Source of the DNA: a bacterium
GTDB lineage: Bacteria > Vulcanimicrobiota > Xenobia > Xenobiales > JADMJV01
Assembly (NCBI GenBank): GCA_030149525.1
Contig: JASBRJ010000274.1
Location: forward strand, 14,160 to 78,159
Reading direction: 5' to 3'
DNA length: 64,000 bases
Shown here: in pieces, positions 20,887 to 29,450 of the stretch
Numbering within the stretch: position 1 is the stretch's first letter
Layout: every line of letters starts with the position of its first letter
Notes under the pieces: model-generated
Told to the model about the DNA's origin: nothing
What the model saw: the letters and a program-made list of their open reading frames with translations, nothing else
Databases searched by the model: none
Made by a program: the position numbers and the translations under genes

Positions 20887-23800
20887 TGTCTCAGGGGAAA
20901 GCGACCCTGGAGGGGATCGTTCGAAAGCTGGGGGCCCTGGCTCAGCAGGGAGAACCGGTGGCCATTTTGTGGGACATGGACGGCACGTTGGTGGACACTC
21001 GTCCACGCATGCTGGCCTCAGTTCACACCTACGGTCGTACCGATGTAGAATTGACCGATGTGTCGCCCTCATGGCAGGAGACGGCTCACCGTTTAGGTCT
21101 CGACCCGGACAGATTTCGAGCCGTTTGGCAGCGCGTTTTCTGGGCCTACGAAAGCTTTGATGCCGATATCGAGAACGAAGAGGTGGCGGCCCTGGCTCGA
21201 CTGGCAGAGTCCTTGGGGATTCAGACAGTCATCGTTACCGGGCGTATTGAAGAGTTGCGACCGGTCACCGCGCGTCAACTGGACCGTCTGGGGCTCAAGC
21301 CGACTCGGGTTTTCTTGAAGTCGGAGATGGGTGATTGCACTCCCTCGGTGAAGGCGAAGGTGATCACGCAGTTGGCTCAGGAAGGTCTGACCATGGGGGC
21401 CTTTGTCACCGACAGTCCTGAAGAGATCGCGGCGGTCACTCCCGAGGTGCTCTCTCATGCTCGGGATCTGGAATGTATTTTCGTGGAGTTGGAGGGGCTG
21501 TCTCCTCAGTTGAGAGAGGGAGTTCACAGGCTCACGGTTCCGTTTCGAAACGGGCCGCGTGTGGCGGCAAAGCCTGCAGAGCTAGCGGTGGGAGAGGGGA
21601 GTCTTGCTTTCGGCTTTGAGGCGGAGTACGAGATTGAGCGTGCCGACGCTTTGCTTCGACTTTACGACCCGTTGCCCGAGGCGGGTTTGTCGGCGGGTGA
21701 GTGGCACGGTTTGACGGCGGTGGAGCGGGCGGAGTGGGTGTACAGTCAGTTCCCTGAGCCTCATTCTGAAGAGTTCGATCTCCCTTTGAAGCGCAACGAA
21801 ACGAATCCGCTCCTCGATTTTCTCCCCTCCGGTTTGTTCGTCGATTCCGACGGCAATATCGAAGTGGTCTCTCGGCCCACCGAGGATCTGTCTTTGTTGT
21901 GGAGTCAGATAGAAAGGCTGGAGAATGCCGTGGGGCCGCCGCTTCTTCAGGTGACGATCTCGGCTCCTGGGGAGTGTCTGTGGGAGGACCCGAAGGCGCT
22001 TGACGGCTACCTCACCTTCTCTCATTTTTTGGATATCTTGGAGCGGATGCAGATAGGAGTTCGGCAGTACTCCGAAAACCCGGATCGAGAAGTGCTCTTG
22101 CCTTTTTTGCATCCCTGGCTGGGGCCCATGACGGCGGGCAAGCATCGTTTTATGCGCCAGTATCTGGAGGCGAACTGTCGGGGGGAACGGTTGGATGAGA
22201 AGTGGGTTCGATTGGTGGACCGGGCCTTCTCGTCGTTTAAGTACATTACGGGGAGTGCCTACAGACCGGCCTTGGCGGGCAAGGACAGAATCGCCATTGA
22301 AATTCGGGATGCTCACCGTAATAAAGCGTTATTGGCCCAACGGGTGAGCCGACACGCCGTCTCTTTGATGAGCGGGCTTGAACCTTACAAGCCGTTTGCC
22401 GGAACCTGGGCTTTTGATTCCGAGACCGATTATGAGAAGCTCTCGCCTCGGGTTCGGGAGATGTTGGAGTCGGTGATTCCCACTCGGGAAAGGCCTGAGA
22501 TCGACTTCATGTATAGCGACTATGACAGAATCGCTTTGCAGGTCTATCGCAATTTTGCCAAGCCGCTTAAGGACTATTCTGATGTGGAAGCCGCTCTTGA
22601 TGATGGTGGGGACTCGGACCGGTTGGCCGTTGCTCGACAAGCCTATGTTGAGAAGCTTGGAAAGCTTGCTTTAGAGCGTGAGGAAAAATCTGAGGAGCAG
22701 ATTTGTCGAGAACTCCAGGGGGCTCTGGCTCGGTTTGCGGTTGAGAGCGGTTTGGCGGAACGGTTTCAACGCTTCAGTGAAAGGTGCTTGAGTCGACCCT
22801 CGGCGCGGGAGGCTCTCAATGAGGTTCATCGATTCTTGCCTCTCACTCGGGCGCTTCCTCGAACAGCCTGGAGAGGGTCTCTGAAGAGTCGACTGGAGCG
22901 GCTTGTGTCGTTGTGGCCTGAGCAAGTTCGAGTTTGCTCGGAGGCTTCGGTGGTCAGCCGAGGAGGGGAGGAGGCGTCTCGGCCTCTGGTTCTGCTCTCG
23001 GCGGAGGGGCTTTCCCATTCGGAGAAAGAGGCTTTGAGATGTGACTTTGTCGATGCCGTGGCTTCTCAAACTCTCGGTATTCGGGCCACCGACCGGGGGA
23101 GTTTGGAGCTGAGGTTCGGGCGGTTTTGCTATTCCCCGGGCGGTTGGTCCACCGAGGAGAACGAGTATCGACCGTTTGCCGTGGGGGCGGGGATGGAGCT
23201 TGTTCTCTGTCTTTCTAGTTTGGAGAGCTACTGCATGGGTCGTCAGTTGGCCGCTCACAGGCCTTGCGATGAAGCGGCCCGGAGAGTTTCGGCGAGTGGT
23301 TGGCTTCGTCATCTTTCCATGGGGTTGAGCGGGGAGACGTTGGAACGGGCTTTGGGTCTGCCCCAGCCTGAGAGTATTGAGACGGCGATCATGGTTTTAG
23401 AGCGGGTGGTGCGTTGTGCCGATTCGCCTCGATTGGGCTTTGTGGTGCAGTGGACCGAGCGTTCGGTGGAGGAGTGGCTGGCCCGACATGGTGGTGCTGA
23501 GAAGCCCGTACTTCGCTTTGAGCCGTCGACCATCGCTTCCGGATTTCCCCTGAGCCTGAAGAGCGAGAAGCCGTTTTCTCGGCGTCTTGAGGAGTTGGTG
23601 GAGCGCTGGCCGGGTCATGCTCGGCTGGTGGAGAATGTGCCGTTTGTTTTCGGTAAGGGAACCAAGCCGAGACGGGTTCTGGTGGTGGCGCTCAAGGGTC
23701 TCGACGACGACGAATTCGATGCTTTTCGCGAGGACTATTTAGACATTATCGGAGCCGATACGGTTTCTTTTCCGTGTCGACTTCGAGCCGAGCATCTTCG

Positions 23801-24296
23801 GGCCAGAGTGGGGAAGTTGGCGCTGGCTCTGAGCGCCGAGGGGGTCAGAGTCGACTTTTATGAGCCTCCTTGGAACAGGCGTCGCATGGAGGCTGTTATC
23901 GAACTTGAGCCGTCGGAGGTGTCTCGGTTGAGGCAGTATATCGGTGCAGTTATCGATGATACGTTGGGGATGCTTGGGCCGATCACTCTGGGGGCCGGCT
24001 GTCGTAAAGCGGCCAATCGGCTGAACGACAATCGACCGGCCGACGGTGGAAGACACAACTGCACCACCTGGGTAACCCTGTCTCCTGTTTGTGAGGACGG
24101 ACGAGACCTCGCTCAGTTGGTGGAGATGCCTGATTCCTGGACCTCTCATGACAATCCGGGATGGTGGTCCATGTTTCTCACCGGGGCTTCTCGAAGCGAC
24201 CGGGTTCACACAGTGATCTACTGGACCGACTTGCCTTTAGGCGAAGACCCGACTCGACCGGGGGAACCGATCGAGTGGGATTTCAATCCGCATTAG
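20886..24296 (+). CDS. Multidomain protein: HAD phosphatase, putative COOH-NH2 ligase, two tandem papain-like repeats
   Basis: WDMDGTLVDT/VTGR HAD motifs; FGFEAEY..DSDGNIEVVS..IEIRD; duplicated C-terminal module, second copy with H..NC. Confidence 0.7.
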   Translation: MSQGKATLEGIVRKLGALAQQGEPVAILWDMDGTLVDTRPRMLASVHTYGRTDVELTDVSPSWQETAHRLGLDPDRFRAVWQRVFWAYESFDADIENEEVAALARLAESLGIQTVIVTGRIEELRPVTARQLDRLGLKPTRVFLKSEMGDCTPSVKAKVITQLAQEGLTMGAFVTDSPEEIAAVTPEVLSHARDLECIFVELEGLSPQLREGVHRLTVPFRNGPRVAAKPAELAVGEGSLAFGFEAEYEIERADALLRLYDPLPEAGLSAGEWHGLTAVERAEWVYSQFPEPHSEEFDLPLKRNETNPLLDFLPSGLFVDSDGNIEVVSRPTEDLSLLWSQIERLENAVGPPLLQVTISAPGECLWEDPKALDGYLTFSHFLDILERMQIGVRQYSENPDREVLLPFLHPWLGPMTAGKHRFMRQYLEANCRGERLDEKWVRLVDRAFSSFKYITGSAYRPALAGKDRIAIEIRDAHRNKALLAQRVSRHAVSLMSGLEPYKPFAGTWAFDSETDYEKLSPRVREMLESVIPTRERPEIDFMYSDYDRIALQVYRNFAKPLKDYSDVEAALDDGGDSDRLAVARQAYVEKLGKLALEREEKSEEQICRELQGALARFAVESGLAERFQRFSERCLSRPSAREALNEVHRFLPLTRALPRTAWRGSLKSRLERLVSLWPEQVRVCSEASVVSRGGEEASRPLVLLSAEGLSHSEKEALRCDFVDAVASQTLGIRATDRGSLELRFGRFCYSPGGWSTEENEYRPFAVGAGMELVLCLSSLESYCMGRQLAAHRPCDEAARRVSASGWLRHLSMGLSGETLERALGLPQPESIETAIMVLERVVRCADSPRLGFVVQWTERSVEEWLARHGGAEKPVLRFEPSTIASGFPLSLKSEKPFSRRLEELVERWPGHARLVENVPFVFGKGTKPRRVLVVALKGLDDDEFDAFREDYLDIIGADTVSFPCRLRAEHLRARVGKLALALSAEGVRVDFYEPPWNRRRMEAVIELEPSEVSRLRQYIGAVIDDTLGMLGPITLGAGCRKAANRLNDNRPADGGRHNCTTWVTLSPVCEDGRDLAQLVEMPDSWTSHDNPGWWSMFLTGASRSDRVHTVIYWTDLPLGEDPTRPGEPIEWDFNPH

Positions 24297-25531
24297 CTTC
24301 TGCTGTGGGCTCTGGCTTGCATCTGGCGTACGAATTCCACTACGGCGTCGGAGGCTCGGTCCACTTCGATGTCCCGTTTCTCAGGGCCCGGTTGAAACGA
24401 TTGGGCCGTTTCCATAACCAGGCCCACTTTGCCCAGGGAGTCCACGTAGCTTGCCAGTCCGCCACTCACGGGGTAGAGGCCGTTGTCGGGGAGCAGCTTG
24501 TAGTCCACACCTTCCATGGCGCCGTTCATGGCGTTACAGATGCTTTCGTATTCTTCCGGTTTGACATCGTGGGTGCCGCTTCCGGAAATGAGAAGCTGAC
24601 CGAAGCTGTGGACGTCTAAGAGACCTAACGAATTTCGTTCTTGATCCAACAGATTCTTGATGACTTTCGCTTCGGGCTCCACCAGTGGGCCTTCGCCCCG
24701 ATACATGTCGAGGTTGGGCTGATCGTTGGCTCCGAAGTCATCGAGATAGGAGCCTTTGCTGTCGCCTTTGATGCGATAGTAGTGGGGAAATTGGCGATTG
24801 AGATCTACGCCTGTCACTTCGCCCTGATCGTTTCGCATAGTGTTTTTGCGCCACAGGGGGTCGACCTCACGGGTGTAAACGTAGCCGTCGGGATTGACGT
24901 TGGGAAGCATCCAGATTTCCATGTCTTCCAGGGCGCCTTCGGCGTCTCCGGCCAGAAGTTTTTCACTGGCGGTGGCCACCACGTCGTTTGTGATCCATTC
25001 TCTGGCGTGGATGTTTCCGGTGACGATAACACTTGGCTTGTTCTTAGATTCTTCGCTGTGCACATCGTTGGAGAGGCGCATGGCGAGAATAGGGCGGCCT
25101 TCGGTGGACTGACCGATGTTCACCACATCGACTCTATCGGGGTTAGCCGCCGCAATGGAGTACATTCGGGAGTAGATGCCTTCAAGCGATGGGTAGTCGT
25201 CTTTGTAGACGGAGGGTTGGCCGATCATGTGTTGTCGGACCTGAAGGAGAAAGTCTTCTACGTTAGTTTTGTCGTCGGGGTCGTTAACGGCCCGTTTGCT
25301 GGCCTCGATCATCTCTTCTAGAGAGAGTTTCCCGTTCTTGTCGGTGTCGTAGTAAACGGCAAACTTCATGCCTTTGTTGAGAATGGGATAAACTTTGTCG
25401 CCCACGGTCATTTCGTAGGTGTCGAATTCGAAACGGGGGATATGGCCGATTTTGACCTTTTCGTCTTTGGCAGGTGCAGCTTTGTGAGTGGGAAGAGCAG
25501 CAGTTGGTTGATTTTGTGTCTTTACGACCAT
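24293..25531 (-). CDS. M14 zinc carboxypeptidase with an N-terminal EF-hand-like motif
   Basis: HAREW, NPDG, WRKN, GVDLNR, DVHS; DTDKNGKLSLEE. Confidence 0.9.
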   Translation of the reverse strand: MVVKTQNQPTAALPTHKAAPAKDEKVKIGHIPRFEFDTYEMTVGDKVYPILNKGMKFAVYYDTDKNGKLSLEEMIEASKRAVNDPDDKTNVEDFLLQVRQHMIGQPSVYKDDYPSLEGIYSRMYSIAAANPDRVDVVNIGQSTEGRPILAMRLSNDVHSEESKNKPSVIVTGNIHAREWITNDVVATASEKLLAGDAEGALEDMEIWMLPNVNPDGYVYTREVDPLWRKNTMRNDQGEVTGVDLNRQFPHYYRIKGDSKGSYLDDFGANDQPNLDMYRGEGPLVEPEAKVIKNLLDQERNSLGLLDVHSFGQLLISGSGTHDVKPEEYESICNAMNGAMEGVDYKLLPDNGLYPVSGGLASYVDSLGKVGLVMETAQSFQPGPEKRDIEVDRASDAVVEFVRQMQARAHSRS

Positions 25532-25600
25532 GAAATCAAACCTCGTCTGTTTTAGTTTCGGGGGCAGCCTAAATCGGGAGTGTTAAGGGAGTGTTAAAGA

Positions 25601-27150
25601 CAATGCCCATGAAATTAGTTGATCCGGACATCTAGGTAAAGAGGGGACCTCTCTAGCATGTTGGTTTTGCGACAAACTAACCGAAGAAAGGTCCCCGAAT
25701 CGACATGCAGCGCACTGGTCTAGAATTCCTTGGAGAGCTTACGAGCAAGTTTCTTACAAGGCTTATTGGAGACGGTATTTTAGATGAAGCTACCGATACG
25801 ATAGTTGATAATTGGCATAGTGAGAGAGAGGTGCGCTTTCGTTCCTGCCACGCTACCCCCAAATTGACGATTTGGCTTTTGCTACTAATGGCTCTTTACC
25901 GAGACCTCGGCATCTACAGCGTGTACCAGAAGCTCTTGTCGTTCATGTCCGCCGCTAGACCGGACTTCGAACTCAAGTCAGTCACTGCGGAAGCTCTCGT
26001 CAAGGCGAGGGCGAGACTGGGCTCCCAACCACTACAAGAACTCTTTATGAAACAGACTGGGGCAATGAGTGTCCCGAGCAGCTTCAAAGGCCATCGTCTA
26101 TGGGCTTTGGATGGTTCAGAATTTACCCTTTCAGACACGCCTGAAAACGTTGCGGAGTTCGACCGTAGAGCGGACGCTTGCTACCCAAGCGCAAAGGCGG
26201 TTCTTCTGCTTGATGTCCATGGAAGAAGAGTTCGAAACTGTGCCTGGACGAGCTGGAGAAAGCACGAACTCAATTGCGCCTCAGCCGTTACTTCCAGTCT
26301 CGGCAAAGGAGACTTGCTCTTGCTAGATAGCGGCTACGCGTCTTTCAGGTTCTTTTGGGAACTGGTGCAGCAAAGGGGTGCATCTTTTGTTTGCAGAGTG
26401 ACTTCGCAGTGGAACCCGGAAGTGGTCGAAGAGCTCTCGCTCGGCGACACCATTGTGAGAGTGAAAACGAACAAAAAAGACCGTGCAGAATTTTATCGCC
26501 AGGGAATCAATCCTAATCGAGAAATGCTGTGCCGCCTTATCACATTTAAAGTCGGTTCGGGCGAAGTGATCCGGCTTCTAACAAACCTGACTGATTCTCG
26601 GAAATACAAGAAGACAACACTCGCCAAGCTTTACCATAGGCGCTGGGAAATCGAAACCTCCTTCGACGAAATCAAGAATGATCTTTTCTCGGTAAGGAGA
26701 GGGAAGCAGCCCACTCACTTCCGCAGCAAAAGCCCGCAGGGAGTATATCAAGAAGCCTGGGCTCTCTTGATTTGTTACAACCTGGTCAGGGACTTGATGG
26801 TTGAAGCTGCAGAATCTACGAGAGTACAGCCTAGAGAGCTCAGTTTTACGAGAGCAACGGCACTGATTAATGAATTCATCCACTTCTCTGCTTGTCTTAA
26901 GCAGAAGCCCAAAATTGCCGCCCTCAGAGCCTCACTTGTTGAACGAATCGGTCTTTCAGTCATTGATAGACCGCAGCGACCTAGAAGCTGTTGTCGAAGG
27001 GTCAAAAAGAAGATGACAAGATTCCGGAGGAAACGTCCCGGTGACCCTACCGAAGAGCGGAAAATCAGTATCCGAATCCGCTTTCTTGATGTCGTACTTG
27101 GAGTGAAGACTAAAGAGGTGACTCGCTATTGAATAATTTCACCAGCATTG
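25601..27150 (+). mobile_element. Complete IS4-family insertion sequence, 1550 bp
   Basis: Terminal IRs CAATGCCCATGAAATTA / CAATGCTGGTGAAATTA; 10-bp target duplication GTGTTAAAGA at 25591-25600 and 27151-27160. Confidence 0.95.
25705..27132 (+). CDS. IS4-family DDE transposase
   Basis: ALDGS, LLDSGY, LLTNL, YHRRWEIETSFDEIK (YREK motif). Confidence 0.95.
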   Translation: MQRTGLEFLGELTSKFLTRLIGDGILDEATDTIVDNWHSEREVRFRSCHATPKLTIWLLLLMALYRDLGIYSVYQKLLSFMSAARPDFELKSVTAEALVKARARLGSQPLQELFMKQTGAMSVPSSFKGHRLWALDGSEFTLSDTPENVAEFDRRADACYPSAKAVLLLDVHGRRVRNCAWTSWRKHELNCASAVTSSLGKGDLLLLDSGYASFRFFWELVQQRGASFVCRVTSQWNPEVVEELSLGDTIVRVKTNKKDRAEFYRQGINPNREMLCRLITFKVGSGEVIRLLTNLTDSRKYKKTTLAKLYHRRWEIETSFDEIKNDLFSVRRGKQPTHFRSKSPQGVYQEAWALLICYNLVRDLMVEAAESTRVQPRELSFTRATALINEFIHFSACLKQKPKIAALRASLVERIGLSVIDRPQRPRSCCRRVKKKMTRFRRKRPGDPTEERKISIRIRFLDVVLGVKTKEVTRY

Positions 27151-27165
27151 GTGTTAAAGAGGTGT

Positions 27166-28353
27166 CTAGGACCGGTCGAGCTTCAGGAAGGTGGAGAGGG
27201 CAGTGGCCAGGAGAAAAACATAAGTGAGGCTGAGGTGGACGGCTGTGTCCGCGCTCAAGAATCCGGCCGCAGCACTCACTACGCTGACGCCGAGAATCAT
27301 CAGTGAGCCCATCAGCGCGCTGGCGGTGCCTGCGGCGTCGGGGAAGATGCTGAGGACTCGGCCCCAGATATTGGGGAAGACGGTCCCGCCGATGATGAAG
27401 AGGAGAAATGTGGGGATTATGAGGCTCCAGAAACCCAGGGGAGTGACCAGGGCTATCCCCAGCATTAGGAAGGCCAATGAAAGCATACTGATGAGGCCTG
27501 TGCGAATGATCTGGGCGCGAGGGAACGAGCGGACCCATCGTTTGTTGGAGAGGTTCCCCAAGAACCAGGCTAGACCCAGCCACAGAACCACCCGCCCGAA
27601 CTCCGATGGCGTGAATCCCAGTCCTTTTTGAATCAAGAACGGGCCCAACACGTTGAATACGATCATCACCGAGTAGAGCAGGCCGAGAAGCGCCACCGAA
27701 AGATAAAACTCGCGATGAAACAGAACTCGCCGGTAGGACGTTAAGACGGCTTTCGGCCTCAACGGCACTCGGTCCGGTGCCGTCTCCGGCCACCACAAGA
27801 GGACCGCCAGAAAGAGCAGGCTTGAATAGAGAGTCAAGAACTGAAAGTTGGAGTTCCATCCGTAATACTCTTGCAGGTAGCCGCCCAGAACCGGAGACAT
27901 CACCGGCCCCACCGACCAGGCGATGGTCATAGTGTTGGCCATCCGCATCCGCTCCTCACCCTCGAAGGCGTCGGTGAGCGAGGCTTTCGTCAGAACCGCC
28001 GGTCCTGACACTCCGATCCCCTGAAGCACCCGGGCAAAGAGCAAGACTTCAAGTGTCTCCGCGCCGGAGGCGATCAACGAACCCAGCACAAAAAGCCCGG
28101 TCCCGAATATCAGTGGCAGGCGCCGCCCGAACGAATCGGCCAGGGTCCCGAACACAGGTTGAGCCAACCCGTAGGCCAGCAGATAGATCGGAATCGTCAA
28201 CGACACAGCACTCTTGGTCACTCCAAGAGCTGTAGACATCGACGGAAGCGAAGGGATAAAAATATCGATCCCCGCTCCCGAAAGAGGCACTCCGAAAAGA
28301 ATCAGGAGCTTTAATATCGTCTTCTGGGACTCGGTCATGTCAGAGTGTCTCAT
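27166..28353 (-). CDS. Bcr/CflA-family (DHA1) MFS drug-resistance transporter
   Basis: DIFIPSLP, GTLADSFGRR, ARVLQGIG; 12 TM segments. Confidence 0.9.
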   Translation of the reverse strand: MRHSDMTESQKTILKLLILFGVPLSGAGIDIFIPSLPSMSTALGVTKSAVSLTIPIYLLAYGLAQPVFGTLADSFGRRLPLIFGTGLFVLGSLIASGAETLEVLLFARVLQGIGVSGPAVLTKASLTDAFEGEERMRMANTMTIAWSVGPVMSPVLGGYLQEYYGWNSNFQFLTLYSSLLFLAVLLWWPETAPDRVPLRPKAVLTSYRRVLFHREFYLSVALLGLLYSVMIVFNVLGPFLIQKGLGFTPSEFGRVVLWLGLAWFLGNLSNKRWVRSFPRAQIIRTGLISMLSLAFLMLGIALVTPLGFWSLIIPTFLLFIIGGTVFPNIWGRVLSIFPDAAGTASALMGSLMILGVSVVSAAAGFLSADTAVHLSLTYVFLLATALSTFLKLDRS

Positions 28354-28426
28354 TCCATGCCGGGTCGGGGATTAAACTGTAAGTGGACTTTTGGGTTTAG
28401 ATTTCGTCCAGGTGCTTTCGGGTTTG

Positions 28427-28590
28427 GAGTGCAGCTTCTTGGGAATTCGCCCCCACCCAGAATCCCGGATCATCTCGACTATGCTCACTTCGCCTCATTT
28501 ACGTGTACCCGACACGCGCAATCGGACGAAGCAAGCATAGTCGAGCGCCCGAAATCCTGGGTGGGGGCGAATTCCCAAGAAGCTGCACTC
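28427..28590. repeat. 164-bp inverted repeat (REPIN/MITE-like hairpin)
   Basis: Perfect 34-bp arms at 28427-28460 and 28557-28590, plus inner 12-bp stem CTCGACTATGCT/AGCATAGTCGAG. Confidence 0.9.
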
Positions 28591-28834
28591 GTAACTGTTT
28601 CAGGTTTTCGGTAAGCTCTTTGCCGAGAGGAGATTTGTTGAGGACTTCTCTTGCCAGGCTCGGGCTTTCTAGAAGACCCGGAAGCCCATCTGAGGTCCCC
28701 GAGCGGCTCTCTTATTTAGCCACGTTTAACGGGAGTAGCGAGAGTTGCTCGGCAGAATCGAGAAAGCGGTGGCCTCGGCCTGAAAGATAAGTTTGGGTGG
28801 TAACTTCGCCAAGGACCGCTCTCGCGGAGCGGCG

Positions 28835-29410
28835 CTAGCGCACAGGCCAAAACCACGCCCGCCCATCGAGAGTCTCGAAGTCTCCCAGTCCGCCCTCCAT
28901 GGCGTCCAGTGCGCTCTGAAATAGTCGTACGTCGCTGAGGGGGAGTTTCAAGACAAGCTCTCCTGACTTTTCCGCAAACCTCGGTCGTCTATCCATAGTG
29001 AATCGCAGTCTGTGAAATGGAACGACCTTCGTGTCTCCCGTGAGCACGCTTTCTATTACTTTTCTTGTCGGTGATGAATGCTCGAGAATAAGGCTCTCGT
29101 CCTCGGAACAGATCAAGACATAGGATTCGAGCAACCGGCTACACTGCTGGCAACTCTGTGGTGTGGCCGAGAAGTTGTAACACGGAAAGTTGTCGTTGTC
29201 TGGAAAGCTCCAGGAAAAGAAATTCTCTAGGGCCTGCTGACATTTCGCATTTCGAGACACACGAAGTACATTTTCTGCCTCTGGAAGGGGATTTTTTAGA
29301 CTAGTACCGGGTGTACTTGAGAAAAAATTCGCTTCCAGAGGCTGGAAATGGGCAACTGTGACGACGGAATGCTGAATGTCAACAGGCCCTAGTTGGATGA
29401 CTTTACTCAT
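28835..29410 (-). CDS. Hypothetical protein
   Basis: 191-aa ORF directly downstream of the HNH gene. Confidence 0.55.
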   Translation of the reverse strand: MSKVIQLGPVDIQHSVVTVAHFQPLEANFFSSTPGTSLKNPLPEAENVLRVSRNAKCQQALENFFSWSFPDNDNFPCYNFSATPQSCQQCSRLLESYVLICSEDESLILEHSSPTRKVIESVLTGDTKVVPFHRLRFTMDRRPRFAEKSGELVLKLPLSDVRLFQSALDAMEGGLGDFETLDGRAWFWPVR

Positions 29411-29450
29411 TTTGGCTATGTCTGTGGGCTCACAGTCTCATCCTTCCCTG

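Noticed and set aside
28427-28590. Retron msr-msd
   Set aside because: No reverse transcriptase gene adjacent
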